DNA of 64,000 nucleotides from Alphaproteobacteria bacterium (GTDB taxonomy: Bacteria; Pseudomonadota; Alphaproteobacteria; JAAXGF01), in NCBI GenBank assembly GCA_963555825.3, contig CAUVXB020000002.1:2688001-2752000 (forward strand). Direction: 5' to 3'. Both the position numbers and the translations under genes were made by a program. The notes beneath the pieces are model-generated. The model was not told the DNA's origin. It saw only the letters and a list, made by a program, of their open reading frames with translations, and searched no databases. Of this stretch, positions 33,601 through 48,093 are shown in pieces. Position 1 is the stretch's first letter, and the number at the start of each line of letters is the position of its first letter.

Positions 33601-33835
33601 TTGCAAGGACTTTTTTCGGCGTAGCGACCTAGTCAGGTACAGTCTTGTGTCCGGCCTGTTGATGCGGTTTTGTTGAACCGCTGGCCCTGATGGTATCCGT
33701 GGATCGGGTCCCTATCTGCTTAGCGGGCTCGAACACCCAGGACGTTCGTCGGGTTGTCCCGATCCCCGGTCTGACCGGTTCGCCATCACGTCTCGTCGTC
33801 CTTGCAATCGTCGAAAGGCGTTGTGCCTTCGAGCG
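33601..33835 (-). ncRNA. Putative bridge/seek RNA of the IS1111-type element
   Basis: Closing helix 33601-33610 / 33798-33807, plus two internal loops carrying segments that match the target and the donor junction. Confidence 0.75.
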
Positions 33836-33844
33836 ATCAATTCG

Positions 33845-34879
33845 TCATGCGGTCCTCTCAGTTGCGGGTCGGTGAGCGCGGTAGGCCTCGCCACGGGTCA
33901 TGATGACCCAGGCGATCCGCGCGGCCTTGTTGGCCATGGCCACGGCGACCAGCTTGTTGGGCTTGCTTACCAGCAAGTTGGTGATCCAGGGGTGAACCTC
34001 GGGCTTGCGCCGTGCCGATTGAAGCTGTGATGTCATGCCGATCACCAGCAGACGGCGAAGATAGCGGTCCGCCATCTTGGAGATGCGTCCCATGCGATCC
34101 TTGCCGGCGCTGGAATCGGCCTTGGGCGTTAGCCCGAGCGAGGCGGCAAACTGGCGAGCCGATGTGAACCGGTGCGGATCGGTGACCGAGGCTGCCAGCG
34201 CCGAGGCGGTGATGTAACCAATCCCCGGAATGGTCGCGAGCCGTTTGGCCAGGTCGTTGCCGCGGAACCAGGTCTTGATCTCGCCCTCGATCATGGCGAC
34301 CCGGGCTTGCAACTCGCGGATCTGCTCGGCCAGGGCAATGACGATCTTGCATGCCAGCGGGGGAATGTCCGGCACCACTCCTTCGACAAGCTGATCGACG
34401 AGCCTCAGCGCGTGATGAATGCCTTTGGCCAGCACGATGCCCAACTCGGCCAGCTGGGACCGGATCATGTTGACCAGCTGGGTGCGCTGGCCGACCAGCA
34501 GATCCCGTGTTCGGTGGAGCGCCAGGACCGATTGCTGCTCGGCCGACTTGATCGCGACGAACCGCATCGTGGGGCGCGTCACCGCCTCGCAGATCGCCTC
34601 CGCATCGGCGGCGTCGGTCTTGCCGCGCTTGACGTATGGTTTGACGTAGATCGGTGGCATCAATTTCACCTCGTGCCCCAATGCCTGGAGCTCGCGGGAC
34701 CAGAAGTGGCTCGTGCCGCACGCCTCGATACCGATCAGACACGGTTCCAGCTTGCCGAAGAACGGCATCATCTGGCGCCGGCGCAACGATCGGCGGACGA
34801 TGACCTTGCCGGTGCTGTCAATGCCGTGGACTTGGAAAACGTTCTTGGCCAGATCGAGGCCGACGGTAGTAACTTTCAT
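33845..34879 (-). CDS. IS110-family DEDD recombinase
   Basis: VGLDLAKNVFQVHG, IEACG, KTDAADAEAI, TIPGIG, LGLTP...SSAGK, VAMANKAARIAW. Confidence 0.95.
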   Translation of the reverse strand: MKVTTVGLDLAKNVFQVHGIDSTGKVIVRRSLRRRQMMPFFGKLEPCLIGIEACGTSHFWSRELQALGHEVKLMPPIYVKPYVKRGKTDAADAEAICEAVTRPTMRFVAIKSAEQQSVLALHRTRDLLVGQRTQLVNMIRSQLAELGIVLAKGIHHALRLVDQLVEGVVPDIPPLACKIVIALAEQIRELQARVAMIEGEIKTWFRGNDLAKRLATIPGIGYITASALAASVTDPHRFTSARQFAASLGLTPKADSSAGKDRMGRISKMADRYLRRLLVIGMTSQLQSARRKPEVHPWITNLLVSKPNKLVAVAMANKAARIAWVIMTRGEAYRAHRPATERTA

Positions 34880-34999
34880 GGCGGATAGCTCCTCTTGCTC
34901 GTGGTTGATAACAACCACCACTTCGGCACCTCGGTGCCGGGAGCGGGAGCCATCCACCCCATCTGTAATTGGTTAATCCCGGACCCAATGGCCGTACCG

Positions 35000-35081
35000 A
35001 ACGATGACCGCTTGCGGGCGATAAGCCGGCATACGGGCCCGCTTCAGGCTTTCGAGCCGCATCGAATTTCAAACCGAAACA
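35000..35081 (+). repeat. About 80-bp repeat (direct copy at 37010-37091; inverted partial copy at 33520-33580)
   Basis: AACGATGACCGCTTGC..AGCCG.CATACGG..CCGCTTC.GGCTTTCGAGC..C.TCGAATTTCAAACCG shared between copies. Confidence 0.85.
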
Positions 35082-35215
35082 ACGCCGTTAACGTCGGCTT
35101 TTCAGCGGATCATGTCTGCTTTGCGCCCCACAGTAGACCTTGGCGCGCGGTCATCGACACAGTCGCCCCCGACCCGGAGCGGCCTATTGCAGATCCCTGC
35201 TATCGGCCGGCAGTA

Positions 35216-35602
35216 TCATCCCGCATGGCAAACCGCCTCGATATTGTAACCGTCGGGATCAAGCAAGAACGCTGCATAGTAGTGTGGATGATAATGGGTG
35301 CGAAGTTTCGGCGCTCCATTGTCGATTCCGTCGGCGGCCAAACCAGCGGCGAAGAATGCGTCGACATCCGCCCGCGAAGCAGCATTGAAAGCGACGTGGA
35401 CGCGCGGTGTAATGGGAATGCCTTCGGACAGCCAGAAATCACCGCCCGGATCGGCGCTTTTGCCCTGTCCTTCGTGAACGCCAAAGCTGATCGCGTTAGG
35501 ACTGTTCTTACACAGAACATAACCGAGTGCCGCCAAGGTTTTTGAGTAAAATGCCTTACTTTTTTCGATGTCACTGACGGTGATTCCCATATGGTCGATC
35601 AT
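35216..35602 (-). CDS. VOC / glyoxalase family protein
   Basis: MIDHMGITVSD, HVAFNA, DNGAPKLR, YYAAFLLDPDGYNIEAVCH. Confidence 0.94.
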   Translation of the reverse strand: MIDHMGITVSDIEKSKAFYSKTLAALGYVLCKNSPNAISFGVHEGQGKSADPGGDFWLSEGIPITPRVHVAFNAASRADVDAFFAAGLAADGIDNGAPKLRTHYHPHYYAAFLLDPDGYNIEAVCHAG

Positions 35603-35649
35603 CGATTGCCCTCATAAATCGAGAAGTTTCTGTAGCTTGTCGGGATCGT

Positions 35650-35757
35650 CCTACGGCGCGCGCGCCGTGCAGCACCAGGCCGTTGACCGCATGGGCCAGC
35701 GCGAAGCCCGGGTCGGCCTCGACCGCCCCCTTGAGGCCCGGCATGACCGCCGTCATC
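35650..35757 (-). pseudogene. Short remnant of a TPR (TTC38-like) protein gene
   Basis: GC-rich fragment encoding AVEADPGFALAHAVNGLVLHGAR; GC drops abruptly after it. Confidence 0.4.
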
Positions 35758-36852
35758 TTACGGCACGATGGCGGCGCGCAGCACCGAGCGGTCGGCCGCG
35801 CGGGCAAACGCTTCGTCCATCTGGTCGAGCGAAAACTTCGAATCGACGATCGCCGCGAACGGAAACCGCTCGCGGTTGCTCATCACGAAGTCCAGTGCCT
35901 GGATCAGATGGCGCGGATGATAGTTGTGGACGCCCATGATAGTGATCCAGCCGCGCAGGATGTCGTTGCCGTCGAGCGTGAACCTGGCGCCCGGGTTGAC
36001 GAGACCGCCAATCACGTAGCGGCCGCCGATGCGCAGCATGCGGATGCCGAGCGGCACGGCGTCCGGATGGCCACAGACCTCGATGCCGACGTCCGCGCCG
36101 TCGGGCGGGCACTCGGCGCGGACGGCGGCGACCAGATCGTCTTCGCCCATGGCGCCGATGTCGAAGGTGACGTCGGCGCCGAACTTGCGGGCGATGGCCA
36201 AGCGGTCGGCCACCGCATCCAGACCGATGACACGGCGCGCGCCACGCGCCTTGGCTATGGCGCAGCCGTACAGACCGAGCAACCCGAGTCCCTGCACGAC
36301 GACCGTATCACCGACATCGATGCCGGCCGCCTCGGTGACCGAGATCATGGTGGCGACCCCGCAATTGAGCGGCGTCGCCTCCTCGTCCGAGATTTCGTCG
36401 GGGAGTTTGAGGATACCCGTCCCCGGCAAGATGTAGCAGTAGTCGGCAAAACCGCCGAGGAAATGCGGGTCGTCCTCGACCAGGTCGTGGCCGTACTTGC
36501 GAAGTCCCGGGGATTTCTGCGGCATGTCGTGAACGTCGCGGTAATAGGACGCGCCATGATGGAAAAACTCCGTCCACGTGACCCGGTCACCGACCGCCAG
36601 CCCGTCGCCGCGCATGTCGTGGACGATGTTCTCACCCAACTGATCGATCACGCCGACGATTTCGTGTCCGAGGATCCCTGGACATGGATTGGGGCGGTGT
36701 CCCTGATAGGAATGAATGTCGGAACGGCAGATCGTCGACATGGTGATACGAACGAGCACTTCATCGGGCGTGACGTCACGTACCGGGTATTCGCGGATCA
36801 CGAATGGCGTGTTCGGTGCGTCGTAAACGACGGCACGACCTGTCTTCGTCAT
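35758..36852 (-). CDS. Zn-dependent medium-chain alcohol dehydrogenase
   Basis: ICRSDIH, ILGHEIVG, LNCGVAT, GLGLLG; lacks the structural-Zn cysteines. Confidence 0.93.
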   Translation of the reverse strand: MTKTGRAVVYDAPNTPFVIREYPVRDVTPDEVLVRITMSTICRSDIHSYQGHRPNPCPGILGHEIVGVIDQLGENIVHDMRGDGLAVGDRVTWTEFFHHGASYYRDVHDMPQKSPGLRKYGHDLVEDDPHFLGGFADYCYILPGTGILKLPDEISDEEATPLNCGVATMISVTEAAGIDVGDTVVVQGLGLLGLYGCAIAKARGARRVIGLDAVADRLAIARKFGADVTFDIGAMGEDDLVAAVRAECPPDGADVGIEVCGHPDAVPLGIRMLRIGGRYVIGGLVNPGARFTLDGNDILRGWITIMGVHNYHPRHLIQALDFVMSNRERFPFAAIVDSKFSLDQMDEAFARAADRSVLRAAIVP

Positions 36853-37009
36853 GATGCCGGTATTTCCCTAGTAACCAACGGGCCCACGGTGACAATACCC
36901 AGTCCACACCGTGATTGTAAGATTTCCCCCGCCGGTGCCGTCAGGCGCCCCAGTTTCAATGATCGGTGCATTTGGCAAGCCCATTCACGTTTATCGATGA
37001 CCGCGCGAG

Positions 37010-37091
37010 AACGATGACCGCTTGCCGACGATGAGCCGACATACGGCGCCGCTTCGGGCTTTCGAGCGACGTCGAATTTCAAACCGGGACA
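37010..37091 (+). repeat. About 80-bp repeat, direct copy of 35000-35081
   Basis: Direct sequence comparison. Confidence 0.85.
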
Positions 37092-37104
37092 CGGTCGGCG
37101 AGGC

Positions 37105-37145
37105 TTGACTCCTGTTTTGTTTTTGTTCTAGAACAAATAACGAAC
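37105..37145 (+). promoter_or_regulatory. SOS promoter with alphaproteobacterial LexA box
   Basis: TTGACT -35 at 37105; GAAC-N7-GAAC at 37131-37145 and a degenerate GTTT-N7-GTTC at 37114-37128, upstream of imuA. Confidence 0.85.
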
Positions 37146-37175
37146 ACAAGCCAAGCAGGAGAGGACACGCCGCCG

Positions 37176-37922
37176 ATGACCGCGCCCGCCGCCAGCACCG
37201 CTCTCGATGCCTTGCGGGGCCGCGTGCGCGCGCTCGAGCTCGGCGCGCCCGGCGCGGCGGGTGTGATCGAGGCGGTGTCGCTGGGGGTCGCCGCGCTCGA
37301 CGGCGCGCTGCCCTGGGGCGGCCTGCCGCGCGGCGCGTTGCACGAGGTCGCCGGTGGCGGTGTTGTGGGCGGCGATGCCGCGGAGGGCTTCTCGGCCGCC
37401 CTGGCCGCGCGGCTGATCGACGGCCGCGGGCCGGCGCTCTGGTGCCTCGCGCGCGGCGATCTCCACGGCCCCGGCCTCGGCGTCTTCGGGCTCGATCCCG
37501 ACCGGCTGATCGTCGTGCGTGCGCGCAAATCCCACGACGTCCTGTGGGCGATGGAGGAGGGGCTGCGCTCGGGCCGCCCGGGCGCCGTGTTGGGCGAGCC
37601 GCGCGCGCTCGATCTGACCGCCGGGCGCCGGCTGCAGCTCGCCGCGCGCGCCGGCGGCGTCGCCTGCCTGGTGCTGCACGCGGTGCCGAACGAGACGAGC
37701 GTCGCGGTGACCCGTTGGCGCGTCGCCGCCGCGCCGAGCCGGCCGCCGGACGGCCTGCCCGGCCTTGGTGCTGCGCGCTGGCGGGTCGCGTTGGAGCGTT
37801 GCCGCGGCGGTGTGCCGCAGGAGTGGTTGTTGGAGTGGAGCGATGAAGCGCGTCATCTCACTGTGGTTCCCCTACTGGCCGAGCGAACGGCTGGCCCGAC
37901 GGCGGCGCAAGCCGTCGGCTGA
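37176..37922 (+). CDS. imuA: ImuA (RecA-like mutasome accessory protein)
   Basis: LDGALPWGGLPRGALHEV, GLDPDRL, LWAMEEGLRS, RRLQLAA, TRWRV. Confidence 0.93.
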   Translation: MTAPAASTALDALRGRVRALELGAPGAAGVIEAVSLGVAALDGALPWGGLPRGALHEVAGGGVVGGDAAEGFSAALAARLIDGRGPALWCLARGDLHGPGLGVFGLDPDRLIVVRARKSHDVLWAMEEGLRSGRPGAVLGEPRALDLTAGRRLQLAARAGGVACLVLHAVPNETSVAVTRWRVAAAPSRPPDGLPGLGAARWRVALERCRGGVPQEWLLEWSDEARHLTVVPLLAERTAGPTAAQAVG

Positions 37923-39474
37923 AGCGCGGCCAGCGGCCCAGGCGGGATCGGCTGCCCAGGCGGGGCCCGCAGCCCGTGCGGCCGAGCCAGGGCCTGAGGC
38001 CCCGCTCGTCTTCGTCGGCGCCGAGCAGGGCGGCCTGCGCCTCGCCGCGGTAAGCGCGGCGGCGGGCGTCGAGGGCCTGGCGCCCGGCATGACGCTGGCC
38101 GACGCCCGCGCGCTGGTCCCCGGTCTCGTCGTCGAGGCGGCCGATCCGCAAGGCGACGCCCGCGCGTTGGCCGCGTTGGCCGACTGGTGCATCCGCTTCA
38201 CCCCCTGGGTCGCGCTCGACGGCGCCGACGGCCTCGTGCTCGACGTCAGCGGCTGCGCCCGGCTGTTCGGCGGCGAGGCCGCGCTGCTCGGCCGCGTCGT
38301 GGCGCTAGTGACCCGGCTCGGCTTCACGGTGCGCGCCGCGCTCGCCGACACCCCGGCGGCGGCCTGGGCGGTGGCGCGTTTCGCCCATTCGGCGGATCCG
38401 TCGGACCGCGGCCTGCCCGCGGGCGCGACGATCGTGCCGACGGGCGGCGCCGAGGCGCTGCTCGGCCCGCTGCCGATCGCCGCGCTGCGCATGCCTGCCG
38501 ATACCGTCGCCGCCCTCGAGCGGCTCGGCCTGCGCCACGTCGCCGCGCTCGCCGCGCTGCCCCGCGCGCCGCTTACCGCCCGCTTCGGCGCGGCGGTCGG
38601 CCGGCGCCTCGACCGGGCGCTGGGGCGCGAAGCCGAGGCGGTCTCGCCGCGCCGTCCGGTGCCGGCCTATCTGGCGCGCCGCGTCTTCACCGAGCCGCTG
38701 ATCGACCACGCCGGCATTGCTACTGCGACCGACGGACTGATCGCCGAACTCACCGGCCGGCTCGAGGCCGAGGGCCGCGGCCTGCGCCGGCTCGAGCTCG
38801 CGCTCTACCGGGTCGACGGCGGGCGCCGCACGGCGGCCGTCGGCACCGCACGGGCGACGCGCGACGCGGCGCATCTGACGCGCCTGCTCGCGGTCAAGCT
38901 CGAGGCGCTCGAGCTCGGCTTCGGCGTCGAGGCGCTGACGCTCGCCGCCCCCGTCACCGAGCCTCTGGCGCCGGCCCAGGCGTCGTTCGCGCCCGACGCG
39001 ATACCGGCCGATGCCGGCGGGCTCGGCGCTCTGGTCGACCGCCTGGCGCAGCGCCTCGGGCCGGCCAATGTGGTGCGCCTCGCGCCGTGCCCGAGCCACA
39101 CGCCGGAGCGCGCCGTCGCCGCCGTGCCGGCCATGGCGCCGGCCACCGCCGACGGCTGGCGCGCCGACGTCCACCGCCCGCTGCGCCTGTTGCCGCGGCC
39201 CGAGCCGATCGAGGCGGTCGCCATGGTGCCCGACGCGCCGCCCGTCCAGTTCCGCTGGCGCGGCCGGGCCCATCGCGTGGCGCGCGCCGCCGGCCCCGAG
39301 CGGCTCGCCGCCGAATGGTGGCGCGCGCCCAACGCCGAGACCTATGACCCCGACGATTGGCGCGACTACTACCGCGTCGAGGACGCGGCCGGCGTACGCT
39401 TCTGGCTCTACCGCCACGGCCCCTACGGCCCGGACGGTATGGCCCGCTGGTACCTGCACGGGATGTTTGCATGA
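37843..39474 (+). CDS. imuB: ImuB (inactive Y-family polymerase)
   Basis: MKRVISLWFP, GMTLADARA, RFTPWVALDG, GPERLAAEWW, RDYYRVED, WYLHGMFA. Confidence 0.94.
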   Translation: MKRVISLWFPYWPSERLARRRRKPSAEARPAAQAGSAAQAGPAARAAEPGPEAPLVFVGAEQGGLRLAAVSAAAGVEGLAPGMTLADARALVPGLVVEAADPQGDARALAALADWCIRFTPWVALDGADGLVLDVSGCARLFGGEAALLGRVVALVTRLGFTVRAALADTPAAAWAVARFAHSADPSDRGLPAGATIVPTGGAEALLGPLPIAALRMPADTVAALERLGLRHVAALAALPRAPLTARFGAAVGRRLDRALGREAEAVSPRRPVPAYLARRVFTEPLIDHAGIATATDGLIAELTGRLEAEGRGLRRLELALYRVDGGRRTAAVGTARATRDAAHLTRLLAVKLEALELGFGVEALTLAAPVTEPLAPAQASFAPDAIPADAGGLGALVDRLAQRLGPANVVRLAPCPSHTPERAVAAVPAMAPATADGWRADVHRPLRLLPRPEPIEAVAMVPDAPPVQFRWRGRAHRVARAAGPERLAAEWWRAPNAETYDPDDWRDYYRVEDAAGVRFWLYRHGPYGPDGMARWYLHGMFA

Positions 39475-40108
39475 CGGTAAATCGACCCGTAGGGGCGGGT
39501 TTCAAACCCGCCCCTACGCCAAACAGGGGCGCCACGCGAGTGGGATCGAGTCAAACCCGGAGGCCTCGTCGCCAGCCTTTGCGGCTGCGCGATTACGACT
39601 ACACACGTCCCGGCGCCTATTTCATAACGATCTGTACTCACCGCCGCCGCTGTCTGTTCGGACGGGTTGCAGACGGCGCGATGCACCCGAACGCATTCGG
39701 AGCGATCGTCGGCTCATGCTGGCGCGCGTTGCCGCGACATTATCCCCATGTCGAACTGGACGGCTTCGTGGTCATGCCCAATCACGTCCACGGCATCCTT
39801 CTCCTGACCGATGCCGGTGTCGTCGACCGGCCGAAGGCGAGACGTCATGACCTGTCCGAGGTCGTTCGGGCCTTCAAGACCTTTTCCGCCCAGCGCATCA
39901 ATGAACTTCGCGGTGCCAAGGGAAACCGGCTATGGCAGCGGGGGTTTTACGAACACATCATTCGTCGTGGGGATCCGCTGAACGGGATCCGCAGCTACAT
40001 CGAAACCAACCCGCTGCGCTGGCATCTCGATAGAGAAAATCCGAACCACGTCCGCAAGGGCGGGTTTCAAACCCGCCCCTACACCCGGGACGGCCAGGAG
40101 CAATCGCC

Positions 40109-40112
<4 letters not shown>
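39471..40112 (+). CDS. REP-associated tyrosine (Y1 HUH) transposase, RAYT/TnpA-REP
   Basis: LRLRDYDYTRPGAYFITICT, VVMPNHVHGI (HUH), WQRGFYEHIIR, YIETNP (catalytic Tyr); REP at each end. Confidence 0.92.
39489..39517. repeat. GTAG-type REP
   Basis: GTAGGGGCGGGTTTCAAACCCGCCCCTAC, perfect palindrome around a central C. Confidence 0.93.
40054..40082. repeat. GTAG-type REP
   Basis: GCAAGGGCGGGTTTCAAACCCGCCCCTAC. Confidence 0.9.
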
Positions 40113-43279
<3,167 letters not shown>

Positions 43280-43358
43280 GCGGGCGGCGCACCCCAAAAT
43301 TTGACGCCGCGCTCGTGCTTCGCCATACTTTATGCTGCGGGTGCGAAGGAATGGGGCG

Positions 43359-45502
<2,144 letters not shown>

Positions 45503-45506
<4 letters not shown>

Positions 45507-45552
45507 GGGCGGGTTTCAAACCCGCCCCTACAAACACCGTGCCTCTGTGGTT
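45503..45552. repeat. GTAG-type REP (supplies the mutase TAG stop) plus CTCTGTGGTTC arm
   Basis: Perfect REP at 45503-45531 followed by AAACACCGTGCCTCTGTGGTTC. Confidence 0.9.
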
Positions 45553-45562
45553 CAGATTTCGG

Positions 45563-46396
45563 CTATTCGTTCAGCCGGCTGCGCATGGTGTCGAGCAGCG
45601 CGGTCAGCGCCGCGACATCCTCGGCGAGCGCCGCGGCCACGCCGTCGAGCCGGCCGCGTTCGGCCTCGAGCGCGGCGATGCCGCCGCTAAGCTCGTCGGT
45701 CTTTTGCTGCAGGCCCGCCAGCTCCGCCTTTGCCGCCTCGGCTGCGGCGCGCAGCGCCTCGGCGTCGGCTAGCTCGGCCTCAATTGCCTCGAGCGCGGCG
45801 ACCGCGTTCGGATAGTCCCCGATCGCCTGACGCTCGGCGCCGAGCTGCGCACGCAGGCTCGAGACCTGGTTGGCGAGCGCGCTGCGCTCGGCATCGAGCG
45901 AGGCGGTCTCGTCACTCAACGACGAATAGCCGATCACCACGACGACGGCGAGCACGGCGGCGGTCAGCCAACCCAGCCGCCCGGCGCTCATCCCGCCGCC
46001 CGGCTTGGCCGCCGACGTGGCCAGCGGAGCGCCGCCGCCCACGCCGGTCGTGCCGCCTGTGCCGGCCGGCGACGATGTCGTGTCGGCCGCCGCACCCTCG
46101 GCGCGTGTCGCCGGTGTCTCGTCGAACTTCGCCGCGACCGTCGCCGCGACCGAGGGCGCGGCATCGTCGGCGGGCGCCGCGCCGCCGGGCACCGCCGGCG
46201 CGTTCTCGTCGGCTGCCGGCTTTACCGGGCGGGGCTTCGCGGCCTTGCTCGTGCGACCCTTGGGTCGTCGGCCGGCGGCGTCTTCACCGCTCGCCGCGGT
46301 CGCGTCATCTTTCCCGGTCGCGGGCGGGGCATCCGGCTTCGGCGGTCCCGACTCTTCGGGTTTTTCGTCTGGTTGTTTCTCGTCGGCCATTTCCAC
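45563..46396 (-). CDS. Hypothetical single-pass membrane protein: disordered N-terminus, TM helix, coiled coil
   Basis: Pro/Ala/Lys-rich N-terminus, LGWLTAAVLAVVVVIGY, heptad-rich C-terminus; GAGGT RBS. Confidence 0.75.
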   Translation of the reverse strand: MEMADEKQPDEKPEESGPPKPDAPPATGKDDATAASGEDAAGRRPKGRTSKAAKPRPVKPAADENAPAVPGGAAPADDAAPSVAATVAAKFDETPATRAEGAAADTTSSPAGTGGTTGVGGGAPLATSAAKPGGGMSAGRLGWLTAAVLAVVVVIGYSSLSDETASLDAERSALANQVSSLRAQLGAERQAIGDYPNAVAALEAIEAELADAEALRAAAEAAKAELAGLQQKTDELSGGIAALEAERGRLDGVAAALAEDVAALTALLDTMRSRLNE

Positions 46397-46510
46397 ACCT
46401 CGTTTACGTGCCGCGGCCGGACGGGCCCGACGCGACGCTATAGTCTATCTCATCATAGCCGAGCGGTGGCCGAACGGGCAGAACTCAGTTCGGTGCCTCG
46501 TCGGAGTGTG

Positions 46511-46810
46511 ATACCAAGGGTCAGTGATAAAGGCCCCTAGAGATCGCGTCCGCTTTTCGCCGGTGAGGCAAGGCAGCCGCGGGCGATGCAGTGCATCGGC
46601 TAGGCAACCTGGCGCCCTCCGGCGATAAGCAGCCGCGACCCGAAGAGCGGCTTGCCGAGGCTCTCGCCCGCTATCAGACTGGCGGACGTCGTTCCACCCG
46701 TCTCGCGATGCCCCTCCTATTGCCATACATGGGCATCGCGGCGACGGGCGCGCCTAGCCGAGAACCACGGCAAGCCGTCTCTACGGGTCTTTATCACTGA
46801 CCCTTGGTAT
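46511..46810. mobile_element. MITE, family B copy 2
   Basis: TIR ATACCAAGGGTCAGTGATAAAG / CTTTATCACTGACCCTTGGTAT; body similar to 25977-26258. Confidence 0.9.
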
Positions 46811-47943
46811 TAAGCGAGCCGGTCGAGCGCCTCGAACAACCGGTCGACATCGTCGGCCGTGTTGAACAGATGCGGGCTGACGCGCAGCGTGCCCGAACGG
46901 ATACTGATGTAGACCCGCTCGGCGGCGAGTGCCGGGCCCAGGCTGGCGGGGAAGCCGCCCGGCCGGCGCAGGCCGATGTAGTGACCGACGCGGTGGTCGG
47001 CGGGTGGCGTGGTGAAGTCGCGCTCGGCGCCCTTCTCGGCGATGCGGTCGGTCAGCGGCCGCAGCGTCTCGCCGATCGCGGCCGGCGTCCAGGCGGTAAT
47101 CTGGTCCATCGAGGCTGCCGCCATCGGCAGGTGGATGGCATTGAACACCTGGCCCATGTCGTAGCGCCGTGCGCCGGGCGCGCCTTCTTCCGGATAGAGC
47201 GTCGGCCCGTCGACCGCCGTGGCGTCGAGGCGGTTGTACATATGGCCTTCCAGAGCGCGGCCGTCCTGGCGCTCGGGCGCGGCGTAGAGGAAGGCGAGTG
47301 TGTAAGGGCAGAACAGCCACTTGTAGCCCGAGGCGATCAGGAAATCGGGCCGGATGCGGCCGACGTCGAGCGCCATGGCGCCGACCGACTGGGTCGCGTC
47401 GAGCACCAACGCGGCGCCGGTCTCGCGGCAGCGCGCGCCGACCGCCTCGGCGTCGATCGCCGCGCCGTTGGTCCAGCGGCAGGCCGCCATGGCGGCGACG
47501 GCCGTCTCAGGCCCGATGCGCTCGATCACGGCGGTCGTCCAGTCGCCGTCGGCCGGCTCGGCCACGGTCTCGATGCGCGCGCCGGTGTCGCGCGCGAGAT
47601 CCCGCCAAGTGAAGAAGTTCGACGGGAACGGCTCCTCGGGCACCACGATGGCCTGGCCCGCCGCGACCGGCAGGTTGAGCGCCGCGGTCGCGACGCCGTA
47701 GCTCGCCGCCGGCACGATGGCGACGTCGTCGGCCTCGGCGCCGATCATGCCGGCGAACAGGCCGCGCACCCGCTCCGCGGTTTGCATCGCCTCGTCCGCA
47801 TCGCGCTCCCAGGGGCGCAGCCGGCGCGTCACCGCAGCCTCGCCGGCGGCGATCGCCGCCGTCGTCAGCGGCGAGCGCGAGGCGCAGTTGAGAAAGGTGA
47901 TTTCGTCGGGGATGTCGAACAGGTGACGCTGGTCGTCGATCAT
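46810..47943 (-). CDS. Class V PLP-dependent aminotransferase (desulfurase/kynureninase-like)
   Basis: FLNCAS, LDATQSVGA, ASGYKWLFCP (PLP Lys), LRVSPHLFN. Confidence 0.9.
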   Translation of the reverse strand: MIDDQRHLFDIPDEITFLNCASRSPLTTAAIAAGEAAVTRRLRPWERDADEAMQTAERVRGLFAGMIGAEADDVAIVPAASYGVATAALNLPVAAGQAIVVPEEPFPSNFFTWRDLARDTGARIETVAEPADGDWTTAVIERIGPETAVAAMAACRWTNGAAIDAEAVGARCRETGAALVLDATQSVGAMALDVGRIRPDFLIASGYKWLFCPYTLAFLYAAPERQDGRALEGHMYNRLDATAVDGPTLYPEEGAPGARRYDMGQVFNAIHLPMAAASMDQITAWTPAAIGETLRPLTDRIAEKGAERDFTTPPADHRVGHYIGLRRPGGFPASLGPALAAERVYISIRSGTLRVSPHLFNTADDVDRLFEALDRLA

Positions 47944-48093
47944 GGATGTCGATCCGGAAATGATTGGTCCGTCGACGCGAAGGACGACTTGTACGCCATT
48001 CGCCGCCGTCGGGTACACGATCTTTCTCGACCAAGCGTCGGTCGCCGCCGGCCAGCGAGGCAGGTTAGCTCGCGCCGCGATACGGCAGCCGGC

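Larger units (their letters stand above)
33582..34964 (-). mobile_element. IS110-family element, IS1111 group
   Basis: 15-bp subterminal IRs GTGGATGGCTCCCGC (33585-33599) / GCGGGAGCCATCCAC (34943-34957), 3 and 7 bp from the ends. TCT core at both junctions; long non-coding region 3' of the gene. Confidence 0.9.

Noticed and set aside
33520-37091. Repeats as integron attC sites
   Set aside because: No RYYYAAC/GTTRRRY core pairs and no IntI seen.
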